DNA of 64,000 nucleotides, from contig JAYZEG010000069.1 of assembly GCA_036337435.1 (NCBI GenBank), forward strand, positions 14,893 to 78,892, given 5' to 3'. Below the pieces are notes generated by a model. It was not told the DNA's origin. It saw nothing but the letters and a program-made list of their open reading frames with translations, and did no database searches. The stretch is from Myxococcota bacterium (lineage in GTDB: Bacteria; Myxococcota_A; Bradymonadia; UBA7976; UBA1532). Positions 8,196-17,195 of this stretch are shown piece by piece (the stretch's first letter is position 1; each line of letters opens with the position of its first letter). The translations under genes were made by a program, and so were the position numbers.

Positions 8196-8801
8196 TCACT
8201 GCGGTGCCTTGACCGTCGGCATGCCACGAAACAGGCGTAGACTCTCGCCATCATCGATGCTGTCGAGTTTGAGTGATTTTGAGTTAACCGTGACTTTCCA
8301 ACGATGTGTCTTACTCCCGATGGGACCGACGGTAGACGCCTCCACAAACAGTAGATTGGGTCGTTCGGGGTCCGGTGTTTCCGCCACTTTGAGCGCATAT
8401 GTCCCGCGTTGAGCACTGTCACCACCGAGATAAATGTTCATTCTGCCATCATCCGCAAACTCGTATGCGACATGGGCCATGGCCTGTTTCTTCGCCTTCA
8501 TGGCCGCAAATTGGTCGACTTTTGACAGTTTTCGGATGGCATCATCGGGCTTGATTGAATTCACATCGATTTTCCAAATGCCGACCAGCAAACTTTCTGC
8601 ATCGTCTTGATTATCGATGGGTGAATCGGGCGTATCATCAACTTTTTCGTCCGACGGCTCTTCTGCTTTGACGACAGCCTTTGACATCTTTGGTTTTTTC
8701 GGTGCGTCGGGATTCGCCTCCCCAACTTCGTCATCTCCTTGAGCTGTCTCACATCCAAGGAGTGCAGAGCCCAAGACCAGAATCAAAAATAACAATCTCA
8801 T
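8196..8801 (-). CDS. Lipoprotein, unknown function
   Basis: 201-aa ORF with a signal peptide and lipobox (LGSALLGC), an acidic/lysine-rich linker, then a globular domain. Confidence 0.6.
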   Translation of the reverse strand: MRLLFLILVLGSALLGCETAQGDDEVGEANPDAPKKPKMSKAVVKAEEPSDEKVDDTPDSPIDNQDDAESLLVGIWKIDVNSIKPDDAIRKLSKVDQFAAMKAKKQAMAHVAYEFADDGRMNIYLGGDSAQRGTYALKVAETPDPERPNLLFVEASTVGPIGSKTHRWKVTVNSKSLKLDSIDDGESLRLFRGMPTVKAPQ

Positions 8802-8905
8802 TCATTCGCTCCCACATGCTACACCGGCCAGTGGCGTGCGCCCCAGAGTGCTCACGCCGTGTTCTCCTGTCAATGAATCATCGACCCTGGGGCAGGATTC
8901 AAGGG

Positions 8906-10879
8906 TCAATCTACTTTCTTCGCTGGCCATTCGGCGACAATATACTTTTCTTCGAGTGTAGGCTCACCGCCTACTTTGGGGTCCGGAGACCGGTCCCCAA
9001 CCCACCACACTGTCACAGATTTGATGCGCTCCCCGGCTTTGAGTTTCAGGCGATCTATTTTTGAGTTTTTCAACCAGCTGATTAACTCGCCGCGATACCG
9101 TTTGTGGCGGCCCGATGCAATGCGCATCGAATAGCTGCCCCAGAATTGGTCCCATTGCATCTTTCTTGCGTCGGCCGGACCGAAATCCGGAATCCGATTT
9201 GTCTGCGGATCGACGTGGCTGCCATCCATTCGAACGGCATCGATAACGAGCCATCCGTCCTTTACGGGGGCGTTGGGTGCGAACATGCTCCACCCTTGAA
9301 AAATCCGAGCATAGCTCACGATTTTTTTGAGTCCCGTTGGCTGCTTGTAGTTAATGCCGAAGGTCTTCTTCAAAACCTGGACTTTCATGAATCGATTTTC
9401 ATGCAGCATTTGTGATGTCGTCGCGGCAAATAAAAGCACGATGAGACTGGTTGCCACGATGGTCCGAATTGTACTGATGGAGCTGATTACACGCGCTTGG
9501 GGTCCAGGTGAGTCCAACATGATTGGCAGACCACATTCCCCATAACCGAGTGCCGCACTGACCCGATGCCGCCTGGATGCGAAGGCCGCATACATCAGCC
9601 CCATGAGCTGCGTGAGACCAGGGAGAAAGAGTGGCCAGCTGATCAACCGGCCCAGTGGCAGTGCATTGATGATTCGACCAATGGCGCGGTGACCTATTTC
9701 ATGGCCTCGTCCATCCACTGACTCAGTGATCAGTGCATCCTCTCGAAGGGCATCGAATCTGTCAGACGACATGCTATGAGGTCTAACTGCGCTGCCTCGA
9801 CTGCCATGCCATTCGATCAAGCCGAGCCGGTCAAGACGTGACCCTAAACGGGCTAATCTAAAGCAAATTCCGCAATGATCATCGTACCAAACACGGATTT
9901 TCTGGCCCGACAGTTTACGAAGTATGTCTTTAGCCAGCTCTATATCCTCACGTCTTAGCAGTAAAAAGAAGCTGACCATCATGGTGGGTGAAAACAAACC
10001 GACATCGGTCAGTAACCAAATCCCTGTGTGGAGACCGACCAATAGAATGATGGCGATACGCCTGGCCCAGAGCACCTTAAATGGCGTCAGAAGAAGTAGC
10101 GGCGCAATCCCCTCGATAACCAGAGTGCCCCAGGTCAGAATTTGTGAAATCCAAAGTGGCCAAGTGGCTTTAGCCCATAGACCAAGGCGTGTGACGATGC
10201 GATCTTGCTCGAGGCAATACGCGATGCTTGTACCGTCAGCCCAGGTACTGCCCCCCTTGTGGACTGTATTGAAGAAGTAAATGATGGCGAGCTGCCATAA
10301 CACCATGAACATGACCAAGGAGCGAATTGGTTTTGTCTCGGAGGCTATGGGTCCGAACAGCTGACCTGGGTTTAAATCGGTTGAATTCCTGAGGCTACTG
10401 CGAATCGAATCAATGCTGAGGCGTTGACCGAGCGGAAGCCATATCGTCCAAATCCACCAGATGTTCATGACCACATCACCACCATTGGCGAGCATGGTGT
10501 TTCGACTGTGAATGCTCAGAACACACAGCCAGGATATGATTTGAAATAGCTTGGTTCGATACCCGATTGTGAAAAAGAACAGAGAGATCAGTGTAAAGAC
10601 AAAGAAACCAGTCACTTCCGCAGGCGTGGAAAAGCCCGACAATAGGCTGATGTTGTCCCTAAATAGCGGACTGAAAAGATTGTAATGATTACTGAGTGTG
10701 CCGGTGTTGCTGTAGAAGGTTTCTATCCACTGAAACCGTCGAGCTACATCGTAAATGCACAGCAGCCCGAAGACGATTCTAAATAGGCCCATCGCGCTCG
10801 GATCAATCTGGAGCCATGCCTGTCCAAAGCGCTGTCTCACAGTCGATGGGAGTCCCTTTGCGGTCGGTCGACGCGTCAT
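8906..10879 (-). CDS. HTTM (vitamin-K-dependent gamma-carboxylase-like) domain protein fused to a DCC/DUF393 thiol-disulfide oxidoreductase domain and a C-terminal LMF1-like domain
   Basis: The ORF is open from 10912, but the ATG at 10879 avoids overlap with the upstream gene. N-terminal multi-TM HTTM-like region: GLFRIVFGLLCIYDVARRF.... The WYDDHCGICFRLARL motif (CGIC at nt 9863-9874) is typical of DUF393/DCC. A C-terminal FQGWSMFAPNAP segment follows. Confidence 0.75.
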   Translation of the reverse strand: MTRRPTAKGLPSTVRQRFGQAWLQIDPSAMGLFRIVFGLLCIYDVARRFQWIETFYSNTGTLSNHYNLFSPLFRDNISLLSGFSTPAEVTGFFVFTLISLFFFTIGYRTKLFQIISWLCVLSIHSRNTMLANGGDVVMNIWWIWTIWLPLGQRLSIDSIRSSLRNSTDLNPGQLFGPIASETKPIRSLVMFMVLWQLAIIYFFNTVHKGGSTWADGTSIAYCLEQDRIVTRLGLWAKATWPLWISQILTWGTLVIEGIAPLLLLTPFKVLWARRIAIILLVGLHTGIWLLTDVGLFSPTMMVSFFLLLRREDIELAKDILRKLSGQKIRVWYDDHCGICFRLARLGSRLDRLGLIEWHGSRGSAVRPHSMSSDRFDALREDALITESVDGRGHEIGHRAIGRIINALPLGRLISWPLFLPGLTQLMGLMYAAFASRRHRVSAALGYGECGLPIMLDSPGPQARVISSISTIRTIVATSLIVLLFAATTSQMLHENRFMKVQVLKKTFGINYKQPTGLKKIVSYARIFQGWSMFAPNAPVKDGWLVIDAVRMDGSHVDPQTNRIPDFGPADARKMQWDQFWGSYSMRIASGRHKRYRGELISWLKNSKIDRLKLKAGERIKSVTVWWVGDRSPDPKVGGEPTLEEKYIVAEWPAKKVD

Positions 10880-10887
10880 ACTTTTGC

Positions 10888-12582
10888 CTAGCTTCCCTTT
10901 ATGGCATTCCATGCAATGCCGGGCACTTTGGCCAGAGACGGTTTCTTTTCCATGGATGCCATTCTACGCGCCACAGCCAATGACCGTTTGTGGGTGACAA
11001 ACCAAGGTGGCTTAGGGAAAACCTTAAAAGGCCCTCGCAGAACGGTTTTTACTGGCTTATCAAACAAATTGGTGTTGTGCACGAAGCCAATGCCGCTTTG
11101 GATGTCGTCTAAGGTATGACCTGGATAAGCACCCCATGCCGTGGCACCCATGCCGTAGCACAGACCCGGCCAGTGGTTGATGGCAACGCTTCCGTATCTC
11201 AGTTCTTTGATGGCCCTGTTGATTTCTGACTCGATCCGTTTCTCCGTGGTTGGATGCACGATGATGCAGGCGTTCAACGTGCCCCAGAGTCGTTCATTGC
11301 AAAAGTCGACAGCGGTTTTCAAGAAATCGGCGGCATCATGTCCCGGGAGCGTCGTTTGAGCGGTGATTCCGCAAAAACTTTCTTCCACAAAGCAGATTTC
11401 GTTGGTGTCCTCGCTGGAGCAATTGGGGATTAAAGTCCAAGGTAGGGTGTCTGCTGTGCGCTTCCCGATAGAGACAGCCTGGTCATGTCCATCGACAAAT
11501 TTGTCGTAGCGCTCGTGTGCACCAGGGTAATACGCTGGTCGACTCGGCAGCTTGGCCAAGACAGATTTCAACATGTCCATGAATTCGGTACGTTGGTTCC
11601 AATCCTCGTGAAATATAAGCACTTTCGCCGCATTGCAATTAAAGCCACCGTTATTGGTCATTTGCGTTGCGATATTTTCTGCATGAAAGCGAAGCTCTGA
11701 CTGATTCCATGAGCCTGGCACGACGATCACCGGACTTACGTTGCCAAGTTCACTGGTGATTCGCTTGTGGTTTTTGGGTTGGTTTGCGGCTTTCCGGCGC
11801 TGACCTTCTTCACCGGTGCCGAAGACGATCGCATCGTGGGTGAAATTACTCCCTGTGATGTGGATCTCGTCGACGCAGTCGTGTTCGCACAGATATGCGC
11901 CGACATCGCCTCCACCGTAGGCCAAGCGCATGAAGCCTCCATCGATGAGGTCTTTGAATGCACGTTCGATGAATGGCCCTAAGTACTCGTTGACAGGATT
12001 CATTTTCAGAAGGCAAACCTGACCCTCTACGAAGAGTTTGTGGATCACGTCTAATGGGCCGATGCTGGCTACATTTCCGGCACCTAAAACCAATGCGACG
12101 CGACCCGATTGACCGCTGTGGTCCTGGCGATAAAACTCCGCCATGTGATCGGAGAGGTTTTGTCGGCTAATCCCTTGCGCTTGCCAGATCTCAGCTTCAA
12201 ATCCAGTGAGTAGCAATGTGTCTGTGAATTCATGGGGAATCACCTGCACCGCGATTTGGTCAGGTCCGACATCGCGGATTTGCTTTGGTTTGATTTCCAC
12301 TCGTCCACGGTCTCTGAGCTGTCGTAGGCTGTCTAAGAGGAGTCGAATCGTTCGCCCTTGTACAACCGGGCCTGCAAGATAGTCTTCGGCGGCCATCGCA
12401 CTTCCTGGCACGACGCCTTTGGCTTCGACAGCTGCATCGACTTGGTCGTCAGCGACTGCAAACGTGCCTTCAAATACGGCTTCGAGATATTTGATACGAC
12501 TGGCCAGATCCATGTGCAGCCAGGTGTCGGCGTGAGACCTCAATACGTCGAGGTCCTTATCTAACTTGCCTTGATCAACCAA
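10888..12582 (-). CDS. Aldehyde dehydrogenase superfamily protein (long form)
   Basis: 564-aa ORF with a TTG start preceded by AAGGGGA. ALDH-type motifs: ELGNVSPVIVVPG and the catalytic-Cys context GGFNCNAAKV. Confidence 0.8.
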   Translation of the reverse strand: MVDQGKLDKDLDVLRSHADTWLHMDLASRIKYLEAVFEGTFAVADDQVDAAVEAKGVVPGSAMAAEDYLAGPVVQGRTIRLLLDSLRQLRDRGRVEIKPKQIRDVGPDQIAVQVIPHEFTDTLLLTGFEAEIWQAQGISRQNLSDHMAEFYRQDHSGQSGRVALVLGAGNVASIGPLDVIHKLFVEGQVCLLKMNPVNEYLGPFIERAFKDLIDGGFMRLAYGGGDVGAYLCEHDCVDEIHITGSNFTHDAIVFGTGEEGQRRKAANQPKNHKRITSELGNVSPVIVVPGSWNQSELRFHAENIATQMTNNGGFNCNAAKVLIFHEDWNQRTEFMDMLKSVLAKLPSRPAYYPGAHERYDKFVDGHDQAVSIGKRTADTLPWTLIPNCSSEDTNEICFVEESFCGITAQTTLPGHDAADFLKTAVDFCNERLWGTLNACIIVHPTTEKRIESEINRAIKELRYGSVAINHWPGLCYGMGATAWGAYPGHTLDDIQSGIGFVHNTNLFDKPVKTVLRGPFKVFPKPPWFVTHKRSLAVARRMASMEKKPSLAKVPGIAWNAIKGS

Positions 12583-12622
12583 TTCGTCCCCTTAAACATC
12601 CCCTAAAACAGCCCTTCAGGGT

Positions 12623-13207
12623 CTACTCTGAGTCCGGATTCAGTAATTTACGCACCTTTTCGATGGCTCTATCTAGAGCCGGATCAAAACCTAAATCACC
12701 CGTGTCCGACAATGAAACCCAGTCTAATGCGTCACTTTCCTCACTGAGTTCGATCCGGTCAGGCTCACTTGTCCGAAGAAGATATCGGAAATCTAAATGA
12801 TAGTGAGCTGCTTCAGATCGCCTCGCCGGGATCAGATGCACGTCGATGTCAATCGGTTTTAAACCCAGTTTAGGCTCAAAGACCAAGTCTCTGAGTCCGC
12901 TTTCCTCGCTTGCTTCCCGATATGCTGTGATAGCAGGGTCTTGCTCGTCGACTTCGCTGTGTCCGCCAAGCTGTAACCAACGCTGCAATTTTGTGTGATA
13001 GGTCAGTAAAATTCGGTGTCTTTCGTCGACTACAAGTGCAGAGCCGGTAATATGACCAGCCGGGTTTATTTTTCCGAATATTGTGTCCTGTTCTCGAACA
13101 AAGCTGGTGATAAAAGCGACATCGTCTCGTTCCTTTGAATCTGCGCTAACGTGTTCGCTGAGCAGCTTTAAGATCGTCTCTTTATCGTGGCGTTGACTTG
13201 CTTTCAT
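12623..13207 (-). CDS. NUDIX hydrolase
   Basis: 194-aa ORF with the Nudix box GGHSEVDEQDPAITAYREASEESGL. Confidence 0.85.
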   Translation of the reverse strand: MKASQRHDKETILKLLSEHVSADSKERDDVAFITSFVREQDTIFGKINPAGHITGSALVVDERHRILLTYHTKLQRWLQLGGHSEVDEQDPAITAYREASEESGLRDLVFEPKLGLKPIDIDVHLIPARRSEAAHYHLDFRYLLRTSEPDRIELSEESDALDWVSLSDTGDLGFDPALDRAIEKVRKLLNPDSE

Positions 13208-13551
13208 GCAGATTGGAATACGCGCAGCGACACACTATGACAAGGGGAAACTTAAGATGGGCAGGCCAGAGGCAGTGCGGCTTGGTCGTAGGCCTCGAAC
13301 AAGAGCAGCTGTCGAGATTTCTTATGCTTGCGACCGATCGCCCTTGGTTTTTTAGCCGTGTCTCTGAACCCAAGTTCCATCGGTAGAAAGAGCTGCCGTG
13401 TCTGATTCATACGACCAGTATTACACACACCTACACGTTTACCAAAAACTCGTAATGGGCTTGTAAAGGGGGTAATCCGGATTGAAATCGCTCATTCGTT
13501 GACACTCCTTGTCGGTCGAGATAAGACGGCTGTCTGCCGGTGGAGCCCTGA

Positions 13552-16008
13552 GTGAACGAGACCAAAGACCAAAACGACCAAATGGCGGATTCTGATCGGA
13601 AAGACCTTTCGAACCCTGCGCCTTCGGACGTCGACAGACGTCGTTTAGGTGACCGAGCTCTCGGTCAATTTCTCACCATGCGACCTGGCTCGATTCGATG
13701 TGATTGGCCAACCGTCCTCGTTCTCATGGGTCTCTTGTTCGCTGCGTACTTACCTGGCTTGGGTTCCTATGGACTCTACGATCCATGGGAAACCCACTAC
13801 GGTGAAGTCGCTCGAAACATGGTTGAACATGACAACTATATCGACCCGTTTTGGGGCTCACCCTGGGACACGGGCGGGGTCAAACGTGAACGAGCAGGTT
13901 TCTATTCTAAACCGCCCTTAATCATGTGGATGATGTCCGGTGGGATGAATCTCTTTGGCTACAATGAGCTGGGTGTACGATTTCTGTTTCCATTGCTGAT
14001 GATCATGGCCCTTCTGGCCATCTACTTGGCTGTCTCAAGATTTTTTAATCGACGGGCGGGTCTCTTGTCAGTTTTGGTTACAGCAACAGCCCCTTTCGTG
14101 GGTTTCATGAGTCGTCAGGCTGTCACCGATGGACCCTTGGTGTCCATTATCACCATTGGGATGATGTGTCTTTGTCTCGGATTGTTTGCATGCGATGAAG
14201 ACGATGATCAGGTCAGTCCCGTCCTATACTGGTTTACACTCGGCGTATTCCTTCTGGTCGCGGGCGGTCAACTTTGGATTTTACTGCCCCTGGACCGGAG
14301 TCCTGACATCGTTCAGGATTATCCCGGCAGTCGCAATGTCTGGTATGCCTTTCAATGGTGGCTCAAAGAAGTTGTCACCGTCGGTGCCGGAAAGGGATGG
14401 GTTCTTGCGACCATTCTGTTCCCTGTCCTGATCTGGGCTGCGCTTCGAATCAGTCGGCAGAAGCGTCGATCCATGTTCTACATATACCTCTTCTACATTT
14501 GCTGTGGTTTGGTGGTGCCCGCAAAAGGCTGGTTGGGATGGGCACCCATGGGTGGGGCAATTCTTGGGTACATGGCGGTGTCCGGCGACTGGCGGTTATT
14601 TTTGCGAGTCGACGTTCCGACGGGATTACTCATCGTTTTGATGACCGGTCATCCTTGGATCTTCGCGATGCTGACAGGGCATCATCCAGGTTGGTGGGAT
14701 CGTTTCATCATCCACGACCATTACAAGCGATTGTTCTCCGGTGTCCACAGCATCGATGACGGTGCCTTTGAGTATTTCTTCCAATGGATTGGCTATGGTC
14801 TTTTCCCATGGGTTGGGCTCTTGCCGGCGGGTGTTTTATTGGCCGTTTCGAGAATCAGAGGCCGAGTCAAGGCCCTCGGAAGAGCCGAGCGGTTTCAGCT
14901 CATTATCGTGCTTTGGGCGGTCTTTGGTTTCTTCCTGTTTTCCAAGTCTAGCACTAAGTTCCATCATTATATTTTTCCCATCATCCCGCCATTGGCGATC
15001 ATGTGCGCGCTCTTTTTAGAGGCCGTATTTGCTCGCACAACACGGCACACAAAACTATTTCTAGTTTGCGCAGCTGCGCTCACACTTTGGGTCGGCCAAG
15101 ACCTGTATCGGATGCCTGCGAAATATGGGCAGGGAAGCCAGCATTTGGTCAATTTGTTTACCTATAAGTATGACCGTGAATGGCCAAAATACACAGCACC
15201 AGAAAAGCTAGAGACGTTGAGTGCTGATGCACAGGCAAGCGCGCGCCTCGATAATGAACGGCTCACAACATTTTCCGAGCCGCTTAAAACGGTCACCTGG
15301 GTCGCTTTGCTGGGTTTCATCCTGTTGGCGTCGCGCCAATCATGGATGCGGGAGTCTGGCCTACTGTTCATGCTTTATTCGAGCGGTTTATGCCTGTTCT
15401 TTTGTCTGCACACGTACCTGCCTGATGTGGCCAAAGACTGGAGTCAGAAAACGATGTGGGACACCTATTACGGCGATTGCGAGCGCTATCAACCAGGTGA
15501 ACGAGCAGACTTCGAGAGGCATTTAATTCAGACCGCCAGTCGAATCCCAGCTAAGTTAGAGCAGTTTCCCGTCGCATGGTGCAAGGAGCCTGTTGTTGCG
15601 TTTAGAACCAACTGGCGAGGTGAGACATTCTATTCTGCCAATACTGTACTTCCAGCGATGGAAACTAAACATTTTAAACCGTTCCTCGATTTATGGGGAA
15701 ACAAGAAACCCTTCTACCTGTTTACGGAACGGAGCCGAATCAAGTCGGAATTAGAACCCAACTTACCTGCCCATCTAAAAGGCCAGTACAAGGAAGTGTT
15801 TGGGGCCAATCGTAAGTTCGTTTTGCTGAGGATAGAGGAGGGGTTGGGCCCTAAAAAAACTCCATCAAAGGCAAAAGAGAAAGACCAATCGACGTCGAAA
15901 GCTACAAGTGGGTCGTCGTCGAGTCCAAAAATTCAACGGATTCCGAACACGCAAAAATCGGCTGCTCCCACGCCCGCTGAGCGACAGGCTAAACCAGAAC
16001 AACGCTGA
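13552..16008 (+). CDS. GT-C fold glycosyltransferase, family 39 (ArnT/PMT-like), with a low-complexity C-terminal tail
   Basis: 818-aa multi-TM ORF with a GTG start after GGAGCC. N-terminal loop: GLYDPWETHYGEVARNMVEHDNYIDPFW...FYSKPPLIMWMM, as in ArnT/PMT-type enzymes. Confidence 0.8.
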   Translation: MNETKDQNDQMADSDRKDLSNPAPSDVDRRRLGDRALGQFLTMRPGSIRCDWPTVLVLMGLLFAAYLPGLGSYGLYDPWETHYGEVARNMVEHDNYIDPFWGSPWDTGGVKRERAGFYSKPPLIMWMMSGGMNLFGYNELGVRFLFPLLMIMALLAIYLAVSRFFNRRAGLLSVLVTATAPFVGFMSRQAVTDGPLVSIITIGMMCLCLGLFACDEDDDQVSPVLYWFTLGVFLLVAGGQLWILLPLDRSPDIVQDYPGSRNVWYAFQWWLKEVVTVGAGKGWVLATILFPVLIWAALRISRQKRRSMFYIYLFYICCGLVVPAKGWLGWAPMGGAILGYMAVSGDWRLFLRVDVPTGLLIVLMTGHPWIFAMLTGHHPGWWDRFIIHDHYKRLFSGVHSIDDGAFEYFFQWIGYGLFPWVGLLPAGVLLAVSRIRGRVKALGRAERFQLIIVLWAVFGFFLFSKSSTKFHHYIFPIIPPLAIMCALFLEAVFARTTRHTKLFLVCAAALTLWVGQDLYRMPAKYGQGSQHLVNLFTYKYDREWPKYTAPEKLETLSADAQASARLDNERLTTFSEPLKTVTWVALLGFILLASRQSWMRESGLLFMLYSSGLCLFFCLHTYLPDVAKDWSQKTMWDTYYGDCERYQPGERADFERHLIQTASRIPAKLEQFPVAWCKEPVVAFRTNWRGETFYSANTVLPAMETKHFKPFLDLWGNKKPFYLFTERSRIKSELEPNLPAHLKGQYKEVFGANRKFVLLRIEEGLGPKKTPSKAKEKDQSTSKATSGSSSSPKIQRIPNTQKSAAPTPAERQAKPEQR

Positions 16009-16116
16009 GGAGGGACTGGATTGGGTGTGGGAATACAACCATCTCGTTCTAAACTGGATCTAACTTGCTCTTTTGTGGGAGCATCGAGTTCGTAAAATCG
16101 CTTAAGGACACCTCAA

Positions 16117-17172
16117 ATGACCGCTCGAATGAACGCTTTTTTGTGTCTTTTATGCGCTGTTTTTATCAGCGCATGTTCGTTCACTAACGTGCCTGACCCC
16201 GGCAGTTTCGAGGGCATGCAGTCGGGATCTACAGAGGTGCCTGGAGACCAAGCTGCGACGCCAAGCCTGGAACCAAACTTGGAGGCAGGGTTTGATGCTG
16301 GAGGGTCCGAACCGGTACGCGGCGGAGAGACAGCCGATGCTGGCGCACCTTTGGTGGATGACGTCGATGCTGGTGATGTCGCCAGCGGGGACGATTCGGG
16401 AATCCGGATGCCACCGGCTCAGTGTCAGTCCACCGGATTCTGTGCGGCAAATGGAAGCTGGTGTGAACCCTTAGATGACGACCAATGTCATGAAACGCCG
16501 GGTCAACCGGTTTGTTTTACGCCCGAGCATCCACGGTCTCAGGCCGTCTGTGGGGCGATTCGATGTGGTGAGGCTGGTCGGTGCCAAGACGATGGTGCCT
16601 ACTGCGAACCTGACGATGTGCCAGCCTGCCAAGCCACGCCGGGTCAGCCAATTTGCTATGCCATCGATGACCCCATGAGTCTCCGGTTTTGCCGCCCAGA
16701 CGGCGCGCAATGCAACCAGATTGGAGAATGCTCACCAGACGGCTGGTACTGTGAGCCACTGGGCTCAGATGCATGTCAGGCCGTCCCCGGGTCGCCCGTG
16801 TGTCACGCACCGAATGAGGCCATCTCTGTGATGTACTGCGGCGCGGCAGAGCCCCGTCCAGAACCAGACTGTGCAGCACTCGGTACGTGTATCGATGGTA
16901 GCTACTGTGAGCCTGATGATGTTGAGGCTTGTCACACCACGCCGGGCATGCCGGTATGCTATGAACCAGACGAGCCAATCTCTGTGATGTACTGCGGCGC
17001 GCCAGAGCCCCGTCCGGAACCAGACTGTGCAGCACTCGGCACATGTATCGATGGTGGCTACTGTGAGCCTGATGATGTTGAGGCTTGCCACACCACGCCG
17101 GGCATGCCGGTCTGTTACGAACCAGACGACCCAATCTCTACACTGTACTGCGGTCGTCGCGGCGATCCATAG
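16117..17172 (+). CDS. Lipoprotein with five tandem 6-cysteine repeats (unrecognised repeat family)
   Basis: 351-aa ORF with lipobox VFISAC and an acidic Gly/Asp-rich linker. Five ~47-52-aa units follow, each with the pattern C-x4-C-x6-C-EP-x5-C-x2-(T/V)PG-x-P-(V/I)-C-x11-C. Confidence 0.75.
   Translation: MTARMNAFLCLLCAVFISACSFTNVPDPGSFEGMQSGSTEVPGDQAATPSLEPNLEAGFDAGGSEPVRGGETADAGAPLVDDVDAGDVASGDDSGIRMPPAQCQSTGFCAANGSWCEPLDDDQCHETPGQPVCFTPEHPRSQAVCGAIRCGEAGRCQDDGAYCEPDDVPACQATPGQPICYAIDDPMSLRFCRPDGAQCNQIGECSPDGWYCEPLGSDACQAVPGSPVCHAPNEAISVMYCGAAEPRPEPDCAALGTCIDGSYCEPDDVEACHTTPGMPVCYEPDEPISVMYCGAPEPRPEPDCAALGTCIDGGYCEPDDVEACHTTPGMPVCYEPDDPISTLYCGRRGDP
16849..17160 (+). repeat. Tandem 156-bp (52-codon) coding repeat, two near-identical copies
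   Basis: The unit gagccccgtcc(a/g)gaaccagactgtgcagcactcgg... starts at 16849 and again at 17005. The tail atctctgtgatgtactgcggcgcg also occurs at 16821-16846. Confidence 0.9.
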
Positions 17173-17195
17173 GGACAACTCGTCCGTCTGATGGA

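Noticed and set aside
16229-17178. Antisense ORFs of 137 and 205 aa opposite the Cys-repeat lipoprotein.
   Set aside because: They mirror the tandem repeat, so their own sequences are repetitive and Arg/His-rich, and they lack start context. The plus-strand frame has a signal peptide, a lipobox and a conserved Cys pattern.
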